Positions 1 through 9,280 are shown, counted from the stretch's first letter. The stretch is DNA of 50,395 nt from Pseudobdellovibrionaceae bacterium (GCA_044359815.1 JBIKLL010000013.1:1-50395); one strand, 5' to 3'. Numbers and translations are program-made. Notes: generated by a model not told the origin, from the sequence alone.

Positions 1-3000
1 AATTTTAGCGGCAAAGTTTCTAGCGTCACAGTAACAGCTCCAATCACAAATACTGGATCTGCTTCTGCACCTATCATCGGATTATCTGGTGACTTTGCTG
101 CTATGGATATTACCAACATTGGTTCCATCAGCATGAACACTAATGAAAACTTAAGACTGGGCAACTATGTTACTGACCCAACTGGCCTGACAGCTGCTGA
201 CAAAGGACGTACATGGTTTAACTCGACCACTAACCAAATCAAATACTGGGATGGAACTGCCATCATAGTTGTTGGTGTTTCTGGTGCTGGTCTGACTAAC
301 CTAAATGGTTTAACACTTGGTACACAGACATTTGCAACTGGCACTGCAGGATCTGATTTTGCGATCAGCTCTGCGGGCTCTGTGCACACATTCAATTTAC
401 CAACGGCCTCTGCAGCTAATCGCGGTGCTTTGAGCTCTGCTGATTGGACAACTTTTAATAATAAAGTTACCAGTGTTTCAGGATCAGGCATTGTTAACGT
501 CACTGCTGGAACAACTCCAACTGTGTCACTGAACGGCATCGCTGACGGAAGCATCCTGGCCAATACATCAGGCGGTACAGCGGCTCCAACTGCAGCCACA
601 CTGACTGCGGGTGCTGGTGTTACAATTTCTAAAACACCAGGTGCAATCACAATTTCTGCCACTGGTACAGGAGTCCAATCATTGAATGGCGCTACTAATG
701 CCACACAATCTTTTGGCCCCGTAGGTACAATTGGTGTTGCACCAGCATTCTCTACTAACACTGGAACTGGCGTACACTCACTAAACATCCCAATGGCTTC
801 ATCATTAGGTGTGACCGCTGGATTGATTTCAAACGCTGACTACCTAAATTTTAGCGGCAAAGTTTCCAGCGTTGCAGCAGCTTCAAACAACACTGCTTTT
901 ACAATCACTGGTGGACCTATTACTTCTGCTGGAACTTTAACTTTGAACACTCCTCCACAAGCTAACGGAACTATATTTGCAGCTCCTGCTGGTGGTGGTG
1001 CTCCAATTTTCAGAACATTGACTGCTACTGACCTGCCAGCTATTACATTGGCTGGTGATGTGACTGGAGCTACAGGTGCAAACAGTGTTGTTAGAATCCA
1101 AAACAGAAACGTCGCAGCCACTGCTCCAACTGCTGGGCAGGTTTTGGCTTGGAACAACATTTTGTCACAGTGGGAACCAACCGCAAACGCGGCCTCATCT
1201 GCAATCACTTCGCTGAATGGAGATGTGACGGCAACTGGTCCTGGTGCTGTAACTGCTACTATCTCTAACAACGCAGTGACAACTCCAAAAATTGCTGATG
1301 GCGCAGTTACAACTGTCAAAATTGCTAACGATGCAGTGACTACTGTAAAAATCGCAAACGACGCAGTAACAACAGCCAAGATTTTAAATAGCAATGTGAC
1401 TTATGCAAAAATCCAAAATATTTCAGGCCAAAGAATTTTAGGTCGCTTTGACTCTGCAGCTGGCATTGCTCAAGAAATTTCATTGGGTGTTGGTCTTAAC
1501 CTTAATCCAACTACTGGTGTGCTTTCAGCCTCTGGAACTGGGATCCAATCATTAAATGGTGCTACTAATGCCACACAATCTTTTGGCCCCGTAGGCACTG
1601 TGGGTGTGGCTCCAGCGTTTTCTACTAACACTGGAACTGGCGTTCATTCTCTGAACATCCCCATGGCTTCATCACTGGGTGTAACCGCTGGATTGATTTC
1701 AAATCTGGATTACGCAAATTTTAACAGCAAAGTTTCTAGTGTTGCAGCAGCTTCAAACAACACAGCTTTTACAATCACTGGTGGACCTATTACTTCTGCT
1801 GGAACTTTAACTTTGAACACTCCTCCACAAGCTAACGGAACTGTGTTTGCGGCTCCTGCTGGTGGTGGCGCTCCGATTTTCAGAACACTAACTGCCACTG
1901 ACCTGCCAGCTATTACATTGGGTGGTGATGTGACTGGTACTACTGGTGCAAACAGTGTTGTTAGAATTCAAAACAGAGATGTTGCTTCTACAGCTCCAAC
2001 TGCTGGACAAGTTTTAGCTTGGAATAACGCCCTTACACGATGGGAACCACAAAATAATCCAGGTGCAAACGCTTGGGCATTAACTGGTAACAGTGGCATA
2101 TCAGCTGCGAACTTTTTAGGAACCACAGACGCTCAGCCATTATCAGTCAGAACAAACAACATTGCCAGAATGACAGTTTTATCAACAGGTGAGGTCGGTA
2201 TTGGTACAGCCACTCCTGCTGGATTTTTTCATGCAGCTGGCACCACACCGTTTTATGTGGACAGAGCTAATGGTGCTAACGGATCAAATCTGGTTCTGAG
2301 ATCTTCTAACGGATCAATCGCTGCACCAACAGCTACAGCATTGAATGATATGATTGGCCGAGTGACTTTTGTGGGTCATACAGGTTCTGGATATGGCACA
2401 ACATTGTCTGGCATCAGAGCACATGCGACTCAGGCTTGGACTACAACTGCACAGGGTAGCCGATTAGTGTTTGCAACCACTGCAGACAATTCGGCCACAC
2501 AAACTGACCAAATGACTCTGGATCAAAACGGAAACTTGGGTATTGGTACTGCAACCCCCGGTGCAAAATTAGATGTCAATGGTACAATCAGAATCACTGG
2601 CGGAGCACCTGGTGTTGGAAAAGTTCTGGGATCAGACGCTACTGGATTGGCCTCTTGGGTTAACGCTGCAACAGGCACTGTGACTAGTGTTGGAATAGCG
2701 GTTCCATCATATATGACGGCAACACCTGCAATCACTACATCTGGTAATATCACTTTGGATTTTAGCTCTCAGGCTGCACGAACATTTTTTGCAGCACCTA
2801 CTGCTGCGGCTGGCGCGCCAAGCTTCAGAACGATGGTTGCTGCGGATTTGCCTTCATTTGCTGCTAACAGAGTAATGACAACTAGTGCAACTGGAGCCCT
2901 GCAAGCCACAAATTGTGGACTCAATCAGGTTATCAGTTTTGATGCTACAGGAAATTTTGTTTGTACATCGTTAACTGCAATTGGCGGAGTCACTCTGGGT

Positions 3001-3705
3001 GGTGACGTGACTGGTGCTTCAGGTACAAATACAGTTGTCAGAATCCAAGGCAGAAACGTAGCCTCTACGGCTCCAACAAACGGACAAGTGCTGGCATGGA
3101 ATAATGCCCTTACACGATGGGAACCAGCTAATGATGCCGGATCAAATGCATGGGTAATTGGTGGCAATGCACCTGCAGCAACTTCATCAATTGGTTCAAC
3201 AAATGCAACTGGCCTAGATATCATCACAGGAGGCCTTGCCAGAATCCAAATCGGTGCTGGTGGCGGCACTACAGTAAATGGTGGTGCAACAATCAACGGC
3301 GGAGTGACAGTTGCTGGTGGAGCAAACATTAGTGGCAATCTGGTAATGAACGCAACTACTGGTGGACAAATCGTTGGTCGATCAGTGGCCAGTGTAACAG
3401 CTCTGCCTACAAGCTACAGCTGGAACAACGGAAACACTCAGTACACTTCACAAAGCTGTACAGCTTCCGCAGTAGATACAGATTTCACCTTTAACAATGC
3501 TCAAGACGGTGCTGCCTATTTCTTTATCGTAAAAGGAACTACATCAGGTGCTTGTTCGTTTGCATTCCCTGGCTTTACAGTTAGGTATCCACCTGATTGC
3601 AATGCTGGAGCTGGTCCTTGCACAACAACTGCTGGCAGACACACAGTATTTAATATGGCAGTGGCTGGAACTGATGTTTATATATCTTGGACACCAGGGT
3701 ACTAA
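1..3705 (+). CDS. Mosaic phage-tail-fibre-like trimeric adhesin (MAT-like), 5'-partial
   Basis: Frame 1 is open from base 1 (NFSGKVSSVTVTAP...), so the start lies upstream of the window. Gly/Thr/Ala-rich repeated modules (GDVTG, GQVLAWNN...WEP, GNLGIGTATPGAKLDVNG, AVTTxKIA). The C-terminal domain ends YISWTPGY. No S74 chaperone motif recognised. Confidence 0.85.
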   Translation, partial: NFSGKVSSVTVTAPITNTGSASAPIIGLSGDFAAMDITNIGSISMNTNENLRLGNYVTDPTGLTAADKGRTWFNSTTNQIKYWDGTAIIVVGVSGAGLTNLNGLTLGTQTFATGTAGSDFAISSAGSVHTFNLPTASAANRGALSSADWTTFNNKVTSVSGSGIVNVTAGTTPTVSLNGIADGSILANTSGGTAAPTAATLTAGAGVTISKTPGAITISATGTGVQSLNGATNATQSFGPVGTIGVAPAFSTNTGTGVHSLNIPMASSLGVTAGLISNADYLNFSGKVSSVAAASNNTAFTITGGPITSAGTLTLNTPPQANGTIFAAPAGGGAPIFRTLTATDLPAITLAGDVTGATGANSVVRIQNRNVAATAPTAGQVLAWNNILSQWEPTANAASSAITSLNGDVTATGPGAVTATISNNAVTTPKIADGAVTTVKIANDAVTTVKIANDAVTTAKILNSNVTYAKIQNISGQRILGRFDSAAGIAQEISLGVGLNLNPTTGVLSASGTGIQSLNGATNATQSFGPVGTVGVAPAFSTNTGTGVHSLNIPMASSLGVTAGLISNLDYANFNSKVSSVAAASNNTAFTITGGPITSAGTLTLNTPPQANGTVFAAPAGGGAPIFRTLTATDLPAITLGGDVTGTTGANSVVRIQNRDVASTAPTAGQVLAWNNALTRWEPQNNPGANAWALTGNSGISAANFLGTTDAQPLSVRTNNIARMTVLSTGEVGIGTATPAGFFHAAGTTPFYVDRANGANGSNLVLRSSNGSIAAPTATALNDMIGRVTFVGHTGSGYGTTLSGIRAHATQAWTTTAQGSRLVFATTADNSATQTDQMTLDQNGNLGIGTATPGAKLDVNGTIRITGGAPGVGKVLGSDATGLASWVNAATGTVTSVGIAVPSYMTATPAITTSGNITLDFSSQAARTFFAAPTAAAGAPSFRTMVAADLPSFAANRVMTTSATGALQATNCGLNQVISFDATGNFVCTSLTAIGGVTLGGDVTGASGTNTVVRIQGRNVASTAPTNGQVLAWNNALTRWEPANDAGSNAWVIGGNAPAATSSIGSTNATGLDIITGGLARIQIGAGGGTTVNGGATINGGVTVAGGANISGNLVMNATTGGQIVGRSVASVTALPTSYSWNNGNTQYTSQSCTASAVDTDFTFNNAQDGAAYFFIVKGTTSGACSFAFPGFTVRYPPDCNAGAGPCTTTAGRHTVFNMAVAGTDVYISWTPGY
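664..1179 (+). repeat. Copy 1 of a ~516-bp in-frame internal duplication
   Basis: Near-identical to 1534..2049 at a constant 870-bp offset (QSLNGATNATQSFGPVG...WEP). Confidence 0.95.
1267..1416 (+). repeat. Five tandem 10-residue AVTTxKIA-type repeats
   Basis: NNAVTTPKIA/DGAVTTVKIA/NDAVTTVKIA/NDAVTTAKIL/NSNVTYAKIQ. Confidence 0.9.
1534..2049 (+). repeat. Copy 2 of the ~516-bp internal duplication
   Basis: Matches 664..1179. A partial third copy (LGGDVTG...WEP) lies at ~2992..3126. Confidence 0.95.
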
Positions 3706-3749
3706 ACAATTAATGCTTGATATAGGTTTGTTTAAAAGATTTCTAAACC

Positions 3750-3776
3750 AAAAACCCCTAATCACTGGGGTTTTTG
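3750..3776 (+). terminator. Intrinsic terminator after fibre gene 1
   Basis: AAAAACCCC-taatcact-GGGGTTTTT followed by GTCTT. Confidence 0.75.
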
Positions 3777-3801
3777 TCTTATAAGGATGTAGAATATTAA
3801 C

Positions 3802-4590
3802 ATGGGCTTTATCTGCAATCTCAGAATAGCTAAATTGATTTTTGTTTTAGCCAATCTGTTTTGCGTTTTGTCTGAGGCCCAATTTCAACAAGGTGCTTTT
3901 TGGAAACGCAGACCCAGTGCCCCCATGACATGGTTTGGCGGTGTCCCTGGAATTTCTGTTAACGAGGACCCTGGTTCAAATATTTGGTCTAACCCGGTGA
4001 CTTTTCCCTCTGGCACTTTGTTGGTTGCAGTTGCTATTTTTAATTCCAATACTGGATCGATCGATATGAAAAACAGCGGCGGCGGCAGTTGGACTGAGAT
4101 TTTCACCAATAATTCGTTGGGCCTAAGAACTGGAATGTATCTCAGAAATTTGACATTCACGGCTATACCGGGTGATTTGCAGGTTGAATGTGATGGATGT
4201 CCTAATAACACTCACGGTTCGATTTATTATTACGCAGTGACTGGTGCCACAGCAGTCGACAACACGTCTGTTCAATTTTTTAATACCCCCGGCGCTATGT
4301 CAGACACACTGATTGATAATGCCATTCAAACCACCAATAACAGTTTTTATATTGTCACACAGATTTCAGTACCCTCTGCAACAAGAGCCGCTCCCGCTGG
4401 AGCTTTTTTGGCAGGAGCTGCGGTCAATAATATTTTGTCTTTTTCTACAAACGGATTGGCGGGGCAGTACGAAGTCTTTTCGTCAGGCCAAGCCGTCCAA
4501 TGGGGACTGGGCTTGTTCCCAGGTGTGCGCTTGGATTACAGCGCCCCCCAAAACAACCCCCGCCTGATTTATTTAGTTACTTTTAAGTAA
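3802..4590 (+). CDS. Secreted beta-rich hypothetical protein; candidate fibre-tip partner
   Basis: AAGGA upstream; signal peptide ending SEA; the mature N-terminus QFQQGAFWKRRPS is followed by a beta-strand-rich domain. Confidence 0.75.
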   Translation: MGFICNLRIAKLIFVLANLFCVLSEAQFQQGAFWKRRPSAPMTWFGGVPGISVNEDPGSNIWSNPVTFPSGTLLVAVAIFNSNTGSIDMKNSGGGSWTEIFTNNSLGLRTGMYLRNLTFTAIPGDLQVECDGCPNNTHGSIYYYAVTGATAVDNTSVQFFNTPGAMSDTLIDNAIQTTNNSFYIVTQISVPSATRAAPAGAFLAGAAVNNILSFSTNGLAGQYEVFSSGQAVQWGLGLFPGVRLDYSAPQNNPRLIYLVTFK

Positions 4591-4779
4591 GCACTTTTTC
4601 AGTTTTATAACCCAATAAACAGTTTGATCTGAGTTTTTCTGCTTTAACAATAGGCCGCGTTTTCATAGTGAAAATCTCAGATCAATACAGTTTTTTTGTA
4701 CCTAACTGATACAGCGCTGACACCGATATCATTGTGATACGACTTATTCAAAATTTCCTGCACAAACACTGTGAATAAC

Positions 4780-4807
4780 TCAATTTTTGGGACGTAAGTA
4801 CCGATAA
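4780..4807 (+). promoter_or_regulatory. Sigma28 (FliA)-like promoter
   Basis: TCAA-N16-ACCGATAA upstream of the 89-codon ORF and fibre gene 2. Confidence 0.5.
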
Positions 4808-4833
4808 AAGACAGGTACACCTAAAGGGGAATT

Positions 4834-5103
4834 TTGGTGAAGAATTTTGTATTACAAAAAAATCTTAACTTATCAAATCTGAATGTCAGTACCCTTGACG
4901 TCGAAAATATTTTAAAAATTAATGCTTCAATTAAATCGGGTTTTGTTTTTTTGGCCGATGTAGTGCCGATACTGTCTCAAATTGACTTATCAAAGTCAGA
5001 AATCAATCAAGCCTGTATCAAAATACGTCGGAATAGTGACTACAATTTAATTAAAAAAGCAAAAATTCAATGTTTGCTTTATTCTGGGGATATCAAGGGG
5101 TGA
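4834..5103 (+). CDS. Possible small leader ORF (hypothetical)
   Basis: AAGGGGA before TTG/GTG; the stop lies 5 nt before the fibre 2 ATG. No recognisable domain, so it may be non-coding. Confidence 0.3.
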   Translation: MVKNFVLQKNLNLSNLNVSTLDVENILKINASIKSGFVFLADVVPILSQIDLSKSEINQACIKIRRNSDYNLIKKAKIQCLLYSGDIKG

Positions 5104-5108
5104 AGGTG

Positions 5109-8100
5109 ATGAAACACTTAATTATTCTATTTGCATTGATGGCATCAAGCACGACGCTGGCGTCATTAAATAGCGGTATAGTTTTAAACGGTAAGGTTTT
5201 AAACCCTGACGGCACCAAGTTCGTCGACCCAGGTGCATATTTCCAAGTTCAAATTATCGGACAATCAAACCTGATTGATGGCGTGGGCCCAGGTGTTGAG
5301 TCTTGCGTACTTTATTCTGAAATCCAACCCCCAGGATTGATCCAACCTGAAGGAAATTTTTCTTTAGTAATTGGTGAAGGCAGCTCACCACAGTTTGGTA
5401 CTGGCATCACTGATATGTCTAAAATCTTTATTAACCCACCAGTTGATACTACAAACCAAGCTGGAGCTTTCAAAATCCCAGCGGTGTCATGCCAAAGCGC
5501 CTCTGGTTCAAGATTATTTGTTCCTGACCGATACCAATCAGATCGATTGCTAAATGTGACTATTGTCAAATCTGATGGTCAAAGAATAGAAGTCGGCAAC
5601 ATGAAAATTAAATCAATTCCTTTTGCCCACCAAGCTCGTGAAATCGGTGGTTACGGTGTCAACCAGATCGCAAAAGTCGGTGTCGCAAATAGCAAGAATT
5701 TTAAAATATTTTCTGACAGTCATTTTAATTTCCTAGTAGATTTGTTTGATTCAAATACCAATACAATCAATGCACAGAATTCTGAAATTATAAATGTTAA
5801 TACCAACAGCACTAATCCTAATTCAGCGGCTAACGTAAGCTTTGTAACCAGTCATACAGTTTCAGACAATCAACTGCCCAATGTGGGAACTCCTGGGCCC
5901 TATGGTTCAACCAGCAATGCCTTGGTAATCACTACGGACGCTAAAGGGCGCGTCACGACAGTGACTTCGAATCCAATTTCAATCACAGTTTCGCAATTAC
6001 AAACAACAACTGGCGATAACGGCTTAATACTGATGAGTAATGGTACGACATGGTCAGCGCAACCTCTGACAGCTTCAAATATTACCGGTGTTGTAAAATC
6101 TGTGGTGGGAACCGCTGGGAATTTAACAGTCAATGCCACTGATCCAGAAAATCCTATTATTAATTTGGCTTCGAGCGGTGTTTCGGCAGGTACCTATACC
6201 AAATTAACAGTAGACGCCTTTGGCCGAGTAACAAGTGGTACTGGACTTGTTGCAGCTGACATTCCGAATTTAGATTGGACAAAAATCACTTCGGGTTTAC
6301 CAACTACTTTAGGTGGCTACGGTATTACAAACGCTGTCAGAAATGGTGGCGGAACATCGGCAATCACTTCGGGATTAGATGGCGTGTGGCCTACCACACC
6401 AGCACCAGCGAATGGTGATTTGTTTGTGGCCACAGACACAAGGCGCATTTACAGATATGATCTCTTAACTACAAATTGGGATGTGATTGCATCAACTGGG
6501 ATTTCTGGCCTGACAGTGGATTCAGGCAGACTGCTGGGCAGATTTTCTGCTGGCAATGGTCCCGCAGAGCAAATCACTTTAGGTCCATCCCTCAGTCTTT
6601 CTGCGCTCGGAGAACTAACTGCTACAGTTTCTGCAAACGGTCCAACAAACGCCGTTCAATATAAAAATAGCGGTGGAAATTTTGAGGGTTCAGCTAATTT
6701 TACTTTCGATGCGGCTTCCAACAATTTAGCAGTGGCTGGATCAATCCGTGTGGGTAACGATGCTGCTTGTTCTGCTGCTGGTAAAATCAGATACAGCGGA
6801 ACTTCACTTGATTATTGTAACGGAACCTCATGGGTTACCCTGGGTGTTGCAGGATCTGGTGTGCAATCTGTTGCAGCAACTGGTGGATCCCCAATAGTGA
6901 TTGCTGGAACCGCGACTGCTCCAACTGTAGGAATTAATCAAGCCTCGACAACTACTGATGGATATTTGTCTTCTGCAAACTTTAATACTTTCAATGATAA
7001 AATTGGCGCAGTTACTGGATCCAATGGCATTACTGCTGTAACAACAGGAACAAGTGTTGCTATTACAATGGCCGCTTGTGCTAATGGTGAAGTTCGTAAA
7101 TACAATACGGCACTACTTCCAACTCCAGGATGGGAATGTTCTGCATCCGTTGGTGCTGAAACCGATCCAGTTTATTCTGCTTTTGCTTCGGCTTCTAGAA
7201 CTCAAAACCAGGTTTTTGCAGGACCACTTTCTGGGTCAGGAGTGGCAGCATTTAGAAATCTGCAAATTCCAGATATCAGATCAAACGTAACTGGCGCTTG
7301 GTTTCAGGCTTCGGGATCTTGCCCTGAAGGCCAAATGCTGACTTATTTAAGCGGTAGCGATAATGTTACCTGTCAGAATTTTTCAGTTAAAGCAGCCAAT
7401 GATCTTGGAGCCTGTAATGCTGGTAGACTGGGTGTGGTTCGCATGAACGGTGCCAACCTAGAATTCTGTAATGGAACAGGCTGGACAGGCTTAGCGGCTT
7501 CTGGTTCAGGCATCTCAAGCCTAGGTGTTGGGGGATCTCCTCAAACAGGCAATAGCCAAACATTGGCCATTGGCACTACAGGTACAGCCCCTTCATGGAA
7601 TTCAGCTTCTGATACTCACACTTTAAATATCCCAATGGCTTCTACTTCTGGTGTTACTGCGGGACTTCTGTCAAATGGTGACCATGTTGCTTTCACTGCA
7701 AAACTATCAAATACATTAGCTAACAATAATATTTTTGTAGGGGCCGCAGGTGTCGCTACTGGCGTGCCGATGTCTGGGGATGCTTCGATTGCTTCTTCTG
7801 GATCTGTCACAGTTACTGGGATTCATGGTCGCGGTATTACAAATACAGCGGCTCCAACAAATGGTCAGGTATTGCAGTATAGCTCAGGCAACTGGGGTTA
7901 CGCGACACTGTCTGGTTCAGCTGTTGGTGGATTTGCAAACAATAGTTTTATCACTTCTAACAGTACCGGAAATCTTGCTGCGACCACACTGGCAGCAAAC
8001 CGAGTGGTAAGTACTGATGCTTCTGGATTACCAGCAGCATTATCAGCAGGGACTGCTGGCCAAGTATTAACTTCTAACGGTGCTGCAGCTCCAACATGGC

Positions 8101-9005
8101 AAGCGCCTGCAGTAAATGGTATCACGACTCTTACTGGTGACGTAACTGCTACTGGCACTGGCTCTGTTGCCGCAACAGTTGCACGCATCCGCGGAGTAAA
8201 CGTAGCAGCCACTGCTCCAGGTATTTCTCAGGTTTTAAGATTTGATGGAACAAACTGGGCTCCAGCAACACTGGTCCCTGCCGACATCAGTGGTGTTGGT
8301 GACATCACTGAAGTGGCCGTTGCAGTTGGCGGAGGCTTATCGGGTGGCGGAACAACCGGTGCAGTGACTGTGGGATTGGCTCAAATTCCTGCAAATTCAT
8401 TTTTAGCCAATACAACTGCTGGATCAGCAGTACCTACAAACGCAGGATTGAACACACAATTTCAGTTTTCAGGTGGAAATTTGACTCTAACTGAAAACCA
8501 ATCAAACTCGGCATTTATTAATGGTGGAAATAATTTTGGTGGCACCACAGCTTCAACCATTGGCAATAATAATGCCGGTGATTTAAATATCGAAACTGGT
8601 GGTACCACAAGAATGAACATTTCAGGATCATCTGGAAACGTCGGCGTGGGACAGACAGCAAACGCTAATTTAAAAATGCAAGTCAACGGCGCCGGCGGAT
8701 CAGTTGTAAATGTGATCCCATCAGGTGCCAACGTAAATATGTCATTGGGAAACATCCATGTGCTTGAAGCTCCGGGCGGATCCACTATCAATCTTTCGAA
8801 TATTGTTAGCGGCGCAACCTACACCTTGATTGTAAGTGATACTGCTAATAGCAGGACGTATACATTCAGTGGCGCTTGTACAAACACGTATTTCAGCCCA
8901 GCCAACGGTCCCACCAGCTTCCAGAGCACTTATACAATCTTGGCTGTACAAGTAGGTGCTGCGATGAACTGTTACGTGGCTTGGATCACTGATTTCCAAC
9001 CATAA
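5109..9005 (+). CDS. Mosaic phage-tail-fibre-like trimeric adhesin (MAT-like), complete
   Basis: ATG at 5109 after GGGGTGAAGG; signal peptide MKHLIILFALMASSTTLA. The N-terminal domain (GIVLNGKVLNPDG...FQVQI...CVLYSE...GNFSLVIG...IPFAHQA) resembles Bdellovibrio fibre N-domains. Tail-fibre motifs (GTYTKLTVDAFGRVT, PTTLGGYGIT). C-terminus YVAWITDFQP. Confidence 0.88.
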   Translation: MKHLIILFALMASSTTLASLNSGIVLNGKVLNPDGTKFVDPGAYFQVQIIGQSNLIDGVGPGVESCVLYSEIQPPGLIQPEGNFSLVIGEGSSPQFGTGITDMSKIFINPPVDTTNQAGAFKIPAVSCQSASGSRLFVPDRYQSDRLLNVTIVKSDGQRIEVGNMKIKSIPFAHQAREIGGYGVNQIAKVGVANSKNFKIFSDSHFNFLVDLFDSNTNTINAQNSEIINVNTNSTNPNSAANVSFVTSHTVSDNQLPNVGTPGPYGSTSNALVITTDAKGRVTTVTSNPISITVSQLQTTTGDNGLILMSNGTTWSAQPLTASNITGVVKSVVGTAGNLTVNATDPENPIINLASSGVSAGTYTKLTVDAFGRVTSGTGLVAADIPNLDWTKITSGLPTTLGGYGITNAVRNGGGTSAITSGLDGVWPTTPAPANGDLFVATDTRRIYRYDLLTTNWDVIASTGISGLTVDSGRLLGRFSAGNGPAEQITLGPSLSLSALGELTATVSANGPTNAVQYKNSGGNFEGSANFTFDAASNNLAVAGSIRVGNDAACSAAGKIRYSGTSLDYCNGTSWVTLGVAGSGVQSVAATGGSPIVIAGTATAPTVGINQASTTTDGYLSSANFNTFNDKIGAVTGSNGITAVTTGTSVAITMAACANGEVRKYNTALLPTPGWECSASVGAETDPVYSAFASASRTQNQVFAGPLSGSGVAAFRNLQIPDIRSNVTGAWFQASGSCPEGQMLTYLSGSDNVTCQNFSVKAANDLGACNAGRLGVVRMNGANLEFCNGTGWTGLAASGSGISSLGVGGSPQTGNSQTLAIGTTGTAPSWNSASDTHTLNIPMASTSGVTAGLLSNGDHVAFTAKLSNTLANNNIFVGAAGVATGVPMSGDASIASSGSVTVTGIHGRGITNTAAPTNGQVLQYSSGNWGYATLSGSAVGGFANNSFITSNSTGNLAATTLAANRVVSTDASGLPAALSAGTAGQVLTSNGAAAPTWQAPAVNGITTLTGDVTATGTGSVAATVARIRGVNVAATAPGISQVLRFDGTNWAPATLVPADISGVGDITEVAVAVGGGLSGGGTTGAVTVGLAQIPANSFLANTTAGSAVPTNAGLNTQFQFSGGNLTLTENQSNSAFINGGNNFGGTTASTIGNNNAGDLNIETGGTTRMNISGSSGNVGVGQTANANLKMQVNGAGGSVVNVIPSGANVNMSLGNIHVLEAPGGSTINLSNIVSGATYTLIVSDTANSRTYTFSGACTNTYFSPANGPTSFQSTYTILAVQVGAAMNCYVAWITDFQP

Positions 9006-9026
9006 TTTAAATTCTTAAATCAACCC

Positions 9027-9048
9027 GCCTGACCCCTCTGGGTCAGGC
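9027..9048 (+). terminator. GC-rich hairpin after fibre gene 2 (terminator or 3' stabiliser)
   Basis: GCCTGACCC-ctct-GGGTCAGGC, with no strong U-tract. Confidence 0.5.
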
Positions 9049-9125
9049 CACACAAAAGACCCCTCAACTAAAAAACCAAACTAAGAGGAATTTGTATTTT
9101 TAAATTCTATCTTTATCTATAAAGG

Positions 9126-9183
9126 TTCTCCGCGGAGCCAGGAAGGCGGGGGCTTGGCCCGAGCGGAGAAGCAGGAGCTGTGG
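9126..9183. repeat. REP-like GC-rich structured element, related to the 15580..15642 core
   Basis: Stem TTCTCCGC/GCGGAGAA encloses GCCAGGAAGGC and GGGC-ttg-GCCC. Shares CTCyGCGGAG, AGGCGGGGGC-NNN-GCCCGAGCG and GAGCTGTGG with 15580..15642. Confidence 0.75.
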
Positions 9184-9280
9184 CCAGTTTAAAGAAGACC
9201 AAAAGCATAAATTTTGAAAATTGAAATCACAGAATTAATATTTTTCAGTCTCGTTTTGAGATGTGGCCAGCCCAAAGTCC

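Noticed and set aside
664..2049. Duplicated fibre segment as a DGR template/variable repeat pair
   Set aside because: Both copies are in the same ORF, differences are mostly third-position and not adenine-specific, and no reverse transcriptase is present in the window.
165..8999. Many minus-strand and off-frame ORFs inside the two fibre genes
   Set aside because: They are shadows of strongly biased Gly/Thr/Ala codons, with no independent signals or domains.
1..9005. Prophage or tailocin, suggested by tail-fibre motifs
   Set aside because: Fibre 2 has a Sec signal peptide, and no capsid, baseplate, terminase or integrase genes are nearby.
9126..9183. SRP RNA, suggested by CAGGAAGG and AAGCAG
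   Set aside because: It lacks the contiguous CAGG...GGAA...AGCAG domain IV arrangement and the long closing helix, and it matches a second dispersed copy instead.
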